Origin: Acidobacteriota bacterium | Lineage (GTDB): Bacteria; Acidobacteriota; Vicinamibacteria; Vicinamibacterales; UBA2999 | Length of the DNA: 64,000 bases | Direction of reading: 5' to 3' | Assembly: GCA_013140775.1 (NCBI GenBank) | Contig: JABFSA010000002.1 | Span: forward strand, 16,467 to 80,466 | Shown: positions 21,659 through 31,300 of the stretch, piece by piece | Numbering within the stretch: the stretch's first letter is position 1 | How the letters are laid out: each line of letters begins with the position of its first letter | The notes under the pieces: model-generated | The model's input: only the letters and a program-made list of their open reading frames with translations | Databases searched by the model: none | What the model was told of the DNA's origin: nothing | Position numbers and translations under genes: made by a program

Positions 21659-23089
21659 TCAGTCTTTGATGCCGTGCTCGCGCTGCTTCTGCAAGAGCGC
21701 CTTGTAACTGATTTGCAGCACCTCGGCCGCGCGTGCCTTGTCTCCGTTGGCGTCGCGCAACGCCTGACCAACCTTCAGCCGCTCGATTCCCGCCGTCACA
21801 CGACGCACGGCCTCGCCCAGGGTTCCTGACAGATCGAGGCCGTCGAAGGGACTCGTTTCGGTCACACGCGGCGGTGGCGCCACGGGGACTGGAGCCTGGC
21901 CCTCGGCCATTGCCAGGGGATGAAGACTCAAGTTCAGATGGCGGGCGTGGATCGTATCGCCGTCACACAAGATCACCGCTCGTTCGATGCAGTTCTGCAG
22001 CTCTCGGACGTTGCCCGGCCATTGATAGGCCTTGAGCGCGTCCAGTGCCCCCACCGAAAACGGCAACGGCTTCTTGTTCAGGTCGCGACAGAACTTCTCG
22101 ACGAAGTGGTGGGCGAGGATCGCCACGTCACTCACGCGGTCGCGCAATGGAGGAACCGTGATCGGAAAGACCGAGAGTCGAAAGTACAAGTCCTCGCGGA
22201 ATTGCCGCGCCGCCACGGCCGCCTTGAGCCCACGATTCGTTGCCGCGACGACCCGGGTGTCCACGTGCAACGAGGTCGTCCCACCCACGCGCTCGATCTG
22301 GTGATCCTCGAGCGCTCTGAGGATCTTGGCCTGCAGGGCGAGCGGCATGTCGCCAATCTCGTCCAGGAACAATGTGCCTCGGTGGGCCATCTCGAATCGG
22401 CCGGGCTTTCGGCCCACAGCTCCGGTGAATGCCCCTTTCTCGTGGCCGAACAGCTCTGATTCGAGAAGCCCTTCGGGGATGGCCGCACAGTTGATCGCGA
22501 CGAATGGGCCATCGGCGCGCGCGCTGAACACGTGGAGCGCCCTTGCGAACAGTTCCTTTCCGGTGCCGCTTTCGCCCTCGAGGAGCACCGTCGTGTCTGT
22601 GTCTGCTGCCCGGTGCAACTGCTGCAGGACGTGGCGGAGCCCCGGGTCGTCGCCGATGATTCGAGGGGCACCGCGACGAGCAGCGGCCTCCTCCTTCAAC
22701 AGCATGTAGTCGGCGAGAATGCGGCGCTGCGCGATGGCACGCTCGACCATCAAGAGGAGATGGTCAGGATCCACTGGCTTGGCCAGGAAGTCCATCGCGC
22801 CGTCCTTCATCGCCGTCACGGCATCCTGGATGCTGCCGAACGCGGTCATCACGACGACCTGCAGGTCTGGATCGATGGCCTTGGCCGCGCGAAGCACACC
22901 AAACCCATCGCCAGCAGGCAGCTTCAGGTCCGTCAAGACGACCGCCGGGCGTACTTCCCTTAGGCGCTCCACGGCCTCAAGTTCGTCACGTGCTTCGACG
23001 ACCTCGTGCCCTTGCGTCTCGAGGGCGAGCCGCAGCATCGCCCGAAGCGAGTCCTTGTCCTCGACGAGGAGTACGGGAAAGGCCGACAA
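21659..23089 (-). CDS. Sigma54-dependent response regulator (NtrC family, PilR2-like), with no adjacent kinase
   Basis: It has a REC domain (LLVEDKDSLR...DLKLP), an AAA+ domain with Walker A (GESGTGKE) and the GAFTGA loop (EKGAFTGAV), and a C-terminal Fis-type HTH. Confidence 0.9.
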   Translation of the reverse strand: MSAFPVLLVEDKDSLRAMLRLALETQGHEVVEARDELEAVERLREVRPAVVLTDLKLPAGDGFGVLRAAKAIDPDLQVVVMTAFGSIQDAVTAMKDGAMDFLAKPVDPDHLLLMVERAIAQRRILADYMLLKEEAAARRGAPRIIGDDPGLRHVLQQLHRAADTDTTVLLEGESGTGKELFARALHVFSARADGPFVAINCAAIPEGLLESELFGHEKGAFTGAVGRKPGRFEMAHRGTLFLDEIGDMPLALQAKILRALEDHQIERVGGTTSLHVDTRVVAATNRGLKAAVAARQFREDLYFRLSVFPITVPPLRDRVSDVAILAHHFVEKFCRDLNKKPLPFSVGALDALKAYQWPGNVRELQNCIERAVILCDGDTIHARHLNLSLHPLAMAEGQAPVPVAPPPRVTETSPFDGLDLSGTLGEAVRRVTAGIERLKVGQALRDANGDKARAAEVLQISYKALLQKQREHGIKD

Positions 23090-23093
23090 CCCC

Positions 23094-23684
23094 CTACCGG
23101 GTCCAACCGGCGGGAACGCCGGCGCGGCGGGCTTCTTCCTGAATGGTCGTGATGGTCTTCTGGTGTTCGTTGATTTCCTTCTTCATCCGGTCGAGCTCGG
23201 CGAGAGCCTTCTGACGATCGGCGAGAAGAGCGTTCTTCTGGATGGGGTCGCCACGATTCTCGAAATCGGTGGTCAGACCGTTGATGCGGCTCTGCAGCGC
23301 GTCGGCCAGCACCTGCGATCGCGCGATCGCGGCGCGCTCGTCTGCCACACGCTTCCGCCACATCTGTTCAGGCGTCGGTGCATTCGCTGCCGGCGCGGCC
23401 TGGCCTTCAGGTTTCGAGCCCTCCGCAGCACCTGCTGCGGACGCGCCGGTGGCCGGTTCGGATGCCGCAGGACCTGCCGGAGTGGCAGGCGCCGGCGCGG
23501 GATTGGTACCGGCTGCTGGTTCCGGTCTCAGCTGATCGTTCGTGTAGACCTTGCTGGACGTGCCAACCGTCTTCCGACGCTCTTCCTCTCGACGCGCGAC
23601 GTCAGCCAACGACTGGGCCGAGGCGGTCGCAGCCGAGGCCAGGACCAAAGCCAAGGCGATCGAGCGAGCAAAAAGGCATCTCAT
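23094..23684 (-). CDS. Secreted coiled-coil protein of unknown function
   Basis: The internal ATG at 23684 gives the signal peptide MRCLFARSIALALVLASAATASAQ. A low-complexity Ala/Pro/Gly linker follows, then a heptad-like helical C-terminal half. The stop lies 4 nt before the regulator's start. Confidence 0.55.
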   Translation of the reverse strand: MRCLFARSIALALVLASAATASAQSLADVARREEERRKTVGTSSKVYTNDQLRPEPAAGTNPAPAPATPAGPAASEPATGASAAGAAEGSKPEGQAAPAANAPTPEQMWRKRVADERAAIARSQVLADALQSRINGLTTDFENRGDPIQKNALLADRQKALAELDRMKKEINEHQKTITTIQEEARRAGVPAGWTR

Positions 23685-23775
23685 GTGTACGATTCTCCGA
23701 CCCTTGAGGGCACCCGTCAAGCTCTCCGCGCTTACCTTTATCGGGCATCCGCGGCAGGTGCGATAGGCGCGCCGT

Positions 23776-24375
23776 TCAGGGCCACTCCCTCCAGAGCCGT
23801 CGTCGAACCGTGGACGCATCTACTTTTTCTACAATAACTTCCACGGCGCGACGACTCCCGCGCGGCCCATAGGCCTGGCCGAAGATCGAGAGGGCACCCC
23901 GCATCGCAGGATCCGGAGACGACGCGTGGTTGGCCACCCACGCCGCCACGTAGACAGGCGCCAAGCGGCTGGTCGCGGGCACCAGGTCCGTGAAACGTCC
24001 GAAGGCGTACAGCACCCACGGAGACGCTCCCGCAGGCCCTGCCGGCACCAGCGTGTTCAGCTGGTCCGTTGCGTCCGTGAGATTCAGTGTTGCGGCTCCG
24101 ACCGTTCGTGCTCCGCCCGCCACTCCATCCGTGAACGTAGACCCGCCCGCAACGCTCGCCACATCGCTCCAGTCCGCAGCAACGGCTACTTCCTGCGTCA
24201 CGAACGCGACCACCGCCTCCGCGGCATACAGCGTTTCGCTCGCCTCCCTGTAGTTCGCGGCTATCGCCACCTCCGTCGCAGTGGCAAGGGCGAGAGTGGC
24301 CCCGAGGGCCGCGAGAAGCGCAACCATGAGAAGTACGACAATCAGCACGACGCCGCGCTCGTTGCCCTTAGTCAC
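23776..24375 (-). CDS. PilX/GspK-like minor pseudopilin (small set)
   Basis: The N-terminus MTKGNERGVVLIVVLLMVALLAALGATLALATATE has the PilX_N/GspK pattern (RG-hydrophobic helix, no Glu5). The start overlaps the preceding gene by 8 nt. Confidence 0.7.
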   Translation of the reverse strand: MTKGNERGVVLIVVLLMVALLAALGATLALATATEVAIAANYREASETLYAAEAVVAFVTQEVAVAADWSDVASVAGGSTFTDGVAGGARTVGAATLNLTDATDQLNTLVPAGPAGASPWVLYAFGRFTDLVPATSRLAPVYVAAWVANHASSPDPAMRGALSIFGQAYGPRGSRRAVEVIVEKVDASTVRRRLWREWP

Positions 24376-25051
24376 GGTCTAGATTCCTGGGTGCAATCTC
24401 GATGTTGACTTCACGATCGGGCAGGTATCGTCCTATCGATGCCGCGCTGCCCCCATGGGTGAAGAGCGTACCGGCCGGCCCCCGAAGCGTCTCGCGTGAA
24501 GCCTGCACTCGAAGCGTGACGCGCACATGGCGGATCCGGAGGAGATCGGCATCGAAGGCTCCGCTCGTCACGTCGCCAGGCAACCAGGGACCATCCTGGA
24601 GCGCCGCGGGATCGATGGAGAGTCCGACTTCATCCACGTATTCGAACGCGAGGCCCACGACGTGGTCTACGACGGGCGCATCGGTCTCGGCGCCATCGTA
24701 GTGCATGAGCTGCGACGTGCCGGACACGCTCCCGCGCCTCAAGTAGTAGGTATCGGAGGTGATGGCGCGATCGCCCCACGGCGCAGACACCATGCTGATG
24801 GTGTCATCTCGATAGTAGATGCCCAGGGATGGATCGGACCGCCTCGCTCCCGCGCGATACGGCATGATCGGCGGTCCCGCCGCCAACAAGTCCCGCTCGA
24901 TCGCATGCACGCCGGTGCGCAGGCGCTGGTGCATTTCTGCGAGCTCGAGCTGTGCATCGAACAGGCCCTGCAACGGATCGGCTATTCCAAATAACGTCGC
25001 GATGAGCCCGCTGGCAATGACTGCCGCGATCAGGAGTTCTGCGATGGTCAT
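24368..25051 (-). CDS. PilW/GspJ-like minor pseudopilin with no leader peptide
   Basis: The protein starts MTIAELLIAAVIASGLIATLFG, which is the mature pilin N-terminal helix with Met at +1 and Glu at +5. An ATGA overlap joins it to the upstream gene. No ATG, GTG, TTG, CTG or ATH codon occurs between the in-frame TGA (25106-25108) and this ATG. Confidence 0.7.
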   Translation of the reverse strand: MTIAELLIAAVIASGLIATLFGIADPLQGLFDAQLELAEMHQRLRTGVHAIERDLLAAGPPIMPYRAGARRSDPSLGIYYRDDTISMVSAPWGDRAITSDTYYLRRGSVSGTSQLMHYDGAETDAPVVDHVVGLAFEYVDEVGLSIDPAALQDGPWLPGDVTSGAFDADLLRIRHVRVTLRVQASRETLRGPAGTLFTHGGSAASIGRYLPDREVNIEIAPRNLDRD

Positions 25052-25515
25052 GGCCCTGTCCTGGCACGAAGGGTTATGAGGCGCACTGTGTCCGGAGTAG
25101 CGACATCATCTTCGCGATAGCGAGATACCGCCACGCCCAGAACGAGCGGGCCTTCTGGTGCCCATGGAAACGGTTCGATCCACCACCGCCGTCTATATGC
25201 GCGCGGAGGCGACCCGGGCGCATCCAAAGTGCCTGTGGAGTCGAGATAGTCGATGGACTCGCCCCCAACGGCATCGAGTGATGACTGCGCCTCCAACTCT
25301 TCGAGCTTTTGGGCGGCCAGTATCGTGGCCCACGTGATGGCACCTGCCTCGACGTTGGCGCGGGTCGCGGCCGCAAACAATTGCGGAATAGCAGCGGCCG
25401 CGGTGATAAGGATCCCGGTGGCGATCAGCACTTCCACCAGCGAGAAACCTTCTGCAGCGGAGTGGGACGGAAACGAAGGATGGGATGCTCTGCACATGCC
25501 TGATCGGTTTGGCAA
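25048..25515 (-). CDS. PilV/GspI-like minor pseudopilin (small set)
   Basis: It has the prepilin cleavage/methylation motif AAEG|FSLVEVLIATGILITAAA. The start is either the ATG at 25515 or the ATG at 25497. Confidence 0.75.
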   Translation of the reverse strand: MPNRSGMCRASHPSFPSHSAAEGFSLVEVLIATGILITAAAAIPQLFAAATRANVEAGAITWATILAAQKLEELEAQSSLDAVGGESIDYLDSTGTLDAPGSPPRAYRRRWWIEPFPWAPEGPLVLGVAVSRYREDDVATPDTVRLITLRARTGP

Positions 25516-25939
25516 AGTGGATGCCGATTCCTTTGCGCCAGCGTGACGCCTTGGCCGATAAGCACTTACGAGACGCTACGACTTCGCGTCGATCCGAGGC
25601 TTCGCACAATTGCCAACATCCTCAACGCCCGACCAGAGCGAAAATTTCGTACGACCCGCGAGTCCCGTTCCGATGAATCCGTGATTGCGCGCCTCCGCAA
25701 CACCGCACCACTGCCCAGACAGCCGCTCCGCCACCTCCCAGGCGGCACCCGCTCGTCACGGTGCCATCCGGCCGGACGAGGGCCGACGTTCGTGGAGGCT
25801 TCTGAGAGGGTCACGCCTACCCATTCGACCGTCGCACGGCAGTCTGAGACGGTCGCGAGAACTGTAATGCCGCGTTCCGTCCTGACTCACAGTGACCTCA
25901 CTCGAGAGATTGCCAAACGCCTAACTCTGCAGCAGGCAA

Positions 25940-25971
25940 GCGCAGATCTGCGCACCGGCATCTCCTTTGCT
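25940..25971 (+). promoter_or_regulatory. Perfect 14-bp palindrome GCGCAGATCTGCGC abutting a sigma54-type -24/-12 element (cGGCATctcctTTGCt) that faces the plus-strand minor-pilin operon
   Basis: GG at 25957-25958 and GC at 25969-25970 have the canonical spacing. The element matches TGGCACG-N4-TTGCW except for T to C at the first base and CG to TC. It lies about 130 nt upstream of the proposed TTG start at 26099. Confidence 0.4.
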
Positions 25972-26098
25972 CGCATCAGAAGCGAGGACAGTCTTGATAC
26001 AGTTCGGCGATCACCCGGATCCGGCGACCTTGCCAGCAGATGCACAGCATGCGCACCCGCGCATCAGCCGACAGGGCACCGTCGCACGGGCCACCGGA

Positions 26099-26659
26099 TT
26101 GCCCGCGCATCTCGATGCGGATCACGGCTTCACGTTGCTCGAAATCATGCTCGTGGTCACGGTGGGCATCGTCTTGGCGGGGATGGCCATTCCCGCGTAC
26201 AACGGCATGACCCTGGCCTCGAAGTCCGACGGCAGCGTGTATCAGGTGATCGATGTGCTGGAAACCGCTCGAAACCTGGCCGTCTCGGAGCGGCGCAATT
26301 TCAGAGTGAGCTTCACAGCTCCGAATCGCGTCATCGTTCAACGCGAGGAAGTTCCCGGCGGCGCCCTGACGCCCATCTCCGATACCGAGCTCGAGAACGG
26401 CCAGCAATTCGTGACGTTTCCGGCGGTGCCCGACACACCCTTTGCCTTCGGCGCGTCGGCCGCCACCAGCTTCTCCGGCACGGGCCCCTGGATGTTCACG
26501 ACCGACGGCTCGTTCGTCGACTCCGCCGGAGACCCCGCGAACGGCACGATCTTTCTCGGCGCCCCGGGCCAACCCATCTCGGCGCGGGCGATCACCATTC
26601 TCGGCGCAACGGGGCAAATGACGACGTGGGCATGGAGGGGTACAGCGTGGTTCGATTGA
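26099..26659 (+). CDS. FimT/GspH-like minor pseudopilin (large set)
   Basis: It has the prepilin motif DHG|FTLLEIMLVVTVGIVLAGMAIP and a GspH-like body (VIDVLETARNLAVSERRNFRVSF). The start is uncertain. The TTG at 26099 gives a 10-aa leader. The longest ORF starts at the TTG at 25967, which sits inside the putative promoter. Confidence 0.7.
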   Translation: MPAHLDADHGFTLLEIMLVVTVGIVLAGMAIPAYNGMTLASKSDGSVYQVIDVLETARNLAVSERRNFRVSFTAPNRVIVQREEVPGGALTPISDTELENGQQFVTFPAVPDTPFAFGASAATSFSGTGPWMFTTDGSFVDSAGDPANGTIFLGAPGQPISARAITILGATGQMTTWAWRGTAWFD

Positions 26660-27195
26660 CGGCGCGTGACGACGGGTTCTCGCTGCTCGAGGTGATGGCG
26701 GCGATGTTCGTCCTGACGGTAGGACTGCTGTCGCTCGTGGGTGTAGCCGCCGTTGGCGTCCAGCGCGTCGGGCAGTCGTCGCCGACGCTCATCGCCCGCG
26801 AAAAGGCCCGTGAGGCCATCGAAAGCGTGCACGCCGCCCGCGATACAGGCGAGCTTACGTGGGCGACGATTCGCAATGTCCCCGCTGGCGGAATCTTTGT
26901 CGTGGGTCCACAAGACCTCAGACTCCCCGGCGTGGACGGCATCGTGAACACCGCCGACGACGGGGCGATCGAGACGATCCGTACGGCTGGGGCGGACAAC
27001 GTCCTGAACAACTCCGACGACGTCATCACGGAGCTCACCAATTTCACGCGCGAGATCCAAATCGAGACCCTCAACTACGACGGCACCACGACCGTCAATC
27101 CGAACCTGCGACAGATCACCGTGACCATCTCGTACTTGGCCAACACGACGTGGCGGGACTACACCATCACGACGTACATCTCGGCCTACTCATAA
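26632..27195 (+). CDS. PilV/GspI-like minor pseudopilin (large set)
   Basis: The ATG at 26632 gives MEGYSVVRLTARDDG|FSLLEVMAAMFVLTVGLLSLVG. This is the 3' third of the 25543-27195 ORF, whose upstream part has no protein-like features. Confidence 0.75.
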   Translation: MEGYSVVRLTARDDGFSLLEVMAAMFVLTVGLLSLVGVAAVGVQRVGQSSPTLIAREKAREAIESVHAARDTGELTWATIRNVPAGGIFVVGPQDLRLPGVDGIVNTADDGAIETIRTAGADNVLNNSDDVITELTNFTREIQIETLNYDGTTTVNPNLRQITVTISYLANTTWRDYTITTYISAYS

Positions 27196-27200
27196 GGATC

Positions 27201-28304
27201 ATGTCAACCACCATCCGAACCGCCGCGCGCACTCCACTCTCGGGATCAGCCGGGTTCTCGCTGGTCGAGCTCATCGTGGCGATGGGGATCACGACGGTCA
27301 TCATGGGCGCGACGATGGCTGGGCTCGCCGACGTGGCGAAAGGCAGCGAGACCGTGCTCAACATGACCGCGATGAACAGGGCCCTCGGCTCCGGAATGGA
27401 CCTGATCGAGCGCGACCTGCTCGGAACGGCTGCGGGACTTCCGCTGAGCCACGTCGTCCTCGTGCCATCGGGAGCAGGCTCAACAGCTATCCGCCTCCCT
27501 GGTCCCCCTGGTACGGCCTTCACAAGCACGGCCGTCAACATAGCAGCTGTGATACCGCGCCCGGGTGCTGGACCGGTGATCAACGGCAACGCGACCGACG
27601 TCTTGACCGTGCTCATGGTCGATACGTCGTTCGTCAATATCGCCCTCTCGGCGGTGACGAGCACCAGCGTCGATATCGCGGCCGGCCCCAGCCTCACCGT
27701 AGGGGCCACCCGTGTCTCACCCGGACAGCTGATGATGATCTCGAAGGGATCGACGACCACGCTGGTACAAGTCACGGCCGTCAACACGTCGACGCGGCAA
27801 CTGACTTTCGCGACCGGCGATTCGCTCAACCTCAATCAAACGGCCGCGGCGTTCGGCAACCTCGCCGCGCTCAATGCCACCGCCCCGGCGAGCTCGCCGG
27901 CGAACACGTGGATCAGCCGCGTAAGGATGCTCACCTACTATCTCGACGCCACGATCGATCCGGCGCGTCCACGGCTGGTACGGCGCGTGAACAACGGTCA
28001 CCCGACCACGTTCGACAACAACCTGGGGACCGTCATCGGCATGGACATCGAGAACCTCAGATTCAGCTACGACCTCATCGACGGCGCGACGAACCCCTCG
28101 GCTGTGCGGATGACGGCCACCGATCTCGGCGTGGGCGGCTCCTGTGCGCCGAGCGCCTGTTCGCCGAACCAGATTCGGAAAGTGAACATCCTCCTGACAG
28201 CCCGCTCGAGCAACGGCGCCAATCCGACAGCTACCGTCTTTCACAACACGCTGACGTCGCAGGTCAGTCTCCGAGGGATGGCGTTCATCAACGAGTACCA
28301 GTAA
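27201..28304 (+). CDS. PilW/GspJ-like minor pseudopilin (large set, 367 aa)
   Basis: The ATG at 27201 gives MSTTIRTAARTPLSGSAG|FSLVELIVAMGITTVIMGATMAG. The body is rich in Thr/Ser/Asn beta-type sequence and has a C-terminal Cys pair (SCAPSAC). Confidence 0.75.
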   Translation: MSTTIRTAARTPLSGSAGFSLVELIVAMGITTVIMGATMAGLADVAKGSETVLNMTAMNRALGSGMDLIERDLLGTAAGLPLSHVVLVPSGAGSTAIRLPGPPGTAFTSTAVNIAAVIPRPGAGPVINGNATDVLTVLMVDTSFVNIALSAVTSTSVDIAAGPSLTVGATRVSPGQLMMISKGSTTTLVQVTAVNTSTRQLTFATGDSLNLNQTAAAFGNLAALNATAPASSPANTWISRVRMLTYYLDATIDPARPRLVRRVNNGHPTTFDNNLGTVIGMDIENLRFSYDLIDGATNPSAVRMTATDLGVGGSCAPSACSPNQIRKVNILLTARSSNGANPTATVFHNTLTSQVSLRGMAFINEYQ

Positions 28305-28336
28305 TGAGACGGACGACAGGAGACAGGGAGCAGTCT

Positions 28337-31300
28337 ATGGCACGAGCACGACGGTACGCGGATGAATCCGGAGTCGCACTCATCACGGCGCTTCTGATCG
28401 TGATGTTGATGAGCGCGCTGATGGTCGGCATGTTCGCCGCACTCTCCACAGACTTGCGCTCGCAGGTGTTGGCGCGCGACCAGACCACGGCGTACGCGGC
28501 CGCGCATGCCGGAATCGAAAAGGCCACCGCAGGCCTGGCAGCCCTGTTCGCGCAAGACTTCAGTCCAAGCGCGGCTCAGGTCACGGCTATCGTAGCAACG
28601 CCGCCGACCATTCCAGGGTCGACGTTCACCACGCCCGGGGGGGCAGAGGGATCGGGGTACGCGATCTCGTTTACGCCAGACGCGGATGGCAATCCGGCCT
28701 CCCAGACCAAGACGATCACGTCGGGACCGTTCGAAGGGTTCCAGGGGCTCGTCACACCCTACGTCGTGACCTCGACCGCGGCGTCAGACTCTCTTGGCAC
28801 CGAAGTGCGGCTGCGGCGGGAGTTTCAAACGGTTGCCGTACCCGTCTTCCAGTTCGGCGTGTTCTCCGAGACCGACCTGACCTTCTACGCCGGCGACGAC
28901 TTCGATTTCGGCGGCCGAGTCCACACGAACGGAAGCCTGTTCGTCTGCGAGTTCGCAGGGACGATGACGTTCTCGGACCGTATCACGGCGTTCGGAGATG
29001 TCGTCCATAATTTCTTCTCCAATGGTCTCGCTGCGGCATCGAACGGGTGCAATGGTGACGTCAACATCCTGACCGCTCCCGGTACACCGCGAAACTTGCG
29101 GCAGTCACCCAACGAGGGCAGCGTGACCGGGATGCCCGGTTCGGCGGCGAATGGACTCTGGCCGGGGGTCGTCACCACCTACAACGGCTACCTCCGCAAT
29201 GGCACCACCGGCGCGAGAAGGCTCGACTTGCCTCTCGTGTCGCAGGGCGCGGAGCCGTTCGACCTGATCCGCCGGCCGGCGCTCGGCTCGAATGAGCACA
29301 CGTCGAACGCACCCGTGTTCGGTCAGCGGTACTTCGCACAGGCGAGCCTGCGCATCCTGCTGTCCGATCGCGTGGCCGATTTCACCACCCTTCCGACAGT
29401 CACGGCGTCGGCACCGGTGCTCCTCGACGGCGCCTGGAACACCGCCCCCCCCGCCGGCTACGGCCCCGTGGACGCCACGCATCCTCCAATCGCGCGGTCG
29501 ATCGGTCCCGGGAGCACACAGACCGTGGCGGGCAGCACCCACGCGGGTTCTCTCTCGCAAATCCGCGTCACGGACACCGCAGCAGGCATTCCCGCCGTAT
29601 ACAAGCTTCCGCCGCTGATCGTCAGGAAGGCCGGGTTTGCCGATGTTCCTGTGACGTGCACGGGCAAGACCGCCACGCAGTTCACCGGATGCACTGGCAA
29701 TCTGGCTCGGGCGTTGCCTATCACGGTTGTCGCGACACTGCCATCTGGCGGGACGGTGACGAAAAACGTGACGGTTGCGACGACAGCCGGCGGTGCCACC
29801 ATCACGGTCGCGGCCAACGACACGGCGCCTTATTCACCCAATCTCATCTGGATCAACAAGTCCGGCGCCACGGTTGCGAATACTGCCGTCCCTGTCACCT
29901 GCATTGGCTACACGGACGTGAGCCCGCGCCGGTTCATCGACTGCACCGGCCTGACGGCGGCGCCAGCCTCTGGCCTCGTCATCACGACGTCGGCTCTGGC
30001 GAACCAGAACACCGGAACGATCGGCGGCTACATCAAGATCGAAAAGCAGAGCTCGTCCGGCGTCTGGACCGACGTGACCATGGAGATCCTGAACCTCGGC
30101 ATCGGTGCGCCGAACCAGGGCGGCACGTTGTGCGCCGACCCGAACACGACCGCTGTCATCCGCATTCAGCGACTGCGTGACAATGGCGGCACCGCCTGCA
30201 CCTACGCCGCCAGCACGAACGCATGGGACTGGTGGCCGAACACGCTCTACGACACGAGGGAGGGGAACTTCCGGGACATCGCCACGACCTCGCCCATGAT
30301 GCTCGGCGGCGTGATGCAGTACATCTCCCTGGATGTGGGCAACCTCAAGCGATGGTTCTCCGGAGCCATCGGGACAACGGGTACTGCGGCCTGGAACAAC
30401 AACGGGTACATCGTGTACTTCTCCGATCGGCGTGGCGACCACAACGAGGGTGCCACGACCGCCAACATCGAGACCGCGGAGTACGGCTTCGAGGACAGAG
30501 TGAACCCGACAACGGCGGCGGGCACGCCTGACAATGTGCTCCAAACGGGCGAGGACATGAATGGCAACGGCACGCAGCAGCTGTACGGCCGCACACCGTG
30601 GAACGACGCGGCCAACATACCGGCCGGCGCCGCCGCCCCCTACAGCACCGCCGGTACGCCGCACACGGTCATCCCGATCGGCAACAGCGGCACGGGAGCC
30701 GCTCCGGTCGTTGGTGCCGGCATGGCCCGCGTGAACAAGGTAGTACTGTTCCGCCGCGCGTTGAAGCTCGTCAATGGAGGCATCAGCGGCGGCGTCAACA
30801 ACCTGCCCACCGCGGGCCTGACGGTGGCGGCTGAGAATCCTGTCTACGTGCAGGGCAACTACAACGCGACGACCTCGCCGACCGCGGAACCCAATGTGCC
30901 GGCAGCCGTCATTGCCGATGCCGTCACGGTCCTCTCGAACAACTGGAAGGACTCGCTGTCGTTCGAGGTTCCCAATGCACGATCGGAACGCGACGCCACC
31001 GTAACCGGCTACCGTTTCGGGGTGGTCGCCGGCAAGGGCCTCTCCTTCAACCACTGTGGCGCTACGTGCGGCAGCCCGGGATTCCTGTTCGGCACTGACG
31101 GCGGGGTCGGCAACTTCCTTCGGCTGCTGGAAAACTGGAACATCGGAGGCGTGTCGATCAACTACAGAGGATCGGTTGTGTCGCTGCACATCAGTCGTCA
31201 GGCCATCGGTCCCTTCAAGTACAACACCAACGTCTACGACTTCGGTGATCGCAATTTCACATTCGATACCGACTTCCTCACGCCGACACTGCTACCGCCG

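Noticed and set aside
22719-23837. 372-aa plus-strand ORF spanning the 5' end of the sigma54 regulator and the coiled-coil gene
   Set aside because: It is antisense to two well-supported minus-strand genes. The translation is dominated by Arg, Ser and Ala runs.
25512-25525. Sigma54-like element GGCATCcactTTGC on the minus strand as a firm promoter for the small minor-pilin operon
   Set aside because: The spacing and core bases fit, but the element overlaps the longest start codon (25515). It would leave essentially no 5' UTR before the alternative ATG (25497). I kept it only as a remark within the control-region finding, not as a feature.
25543-26631. N-terminal 363 codons of the 550-aa ORF 25543-27195
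   Set aside because: Only the last 187 codons (from the ATG at 26632) look like a protein, namely a prepilin with a GFSLLE motif. The upstream part is Arg/Pro/Ser-rich and runs through the intergenic control region. It also runs out of frame through the FimT-like gene.
30541-30590. A bona fide EF-hand calcium site in the giant pilin-like protein (GEDMNGNGTQQLYG)
   Set aside because: The DxNxNG spacing is suggestive, but the position-12 acidic ligand is absent (Gly). I cannot verify the fold, so it is mentioned only as a hint inside the finding.
29834-31189. 451-aa minus-strand ORF inside the giant pilin-like gene
   Set aside because: This is a shadow ORF with Arg/Val/Asp/Gly-rich translation and no signal peptide or motifs. 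The plus-strand frame has the PilX_N start and operon context.
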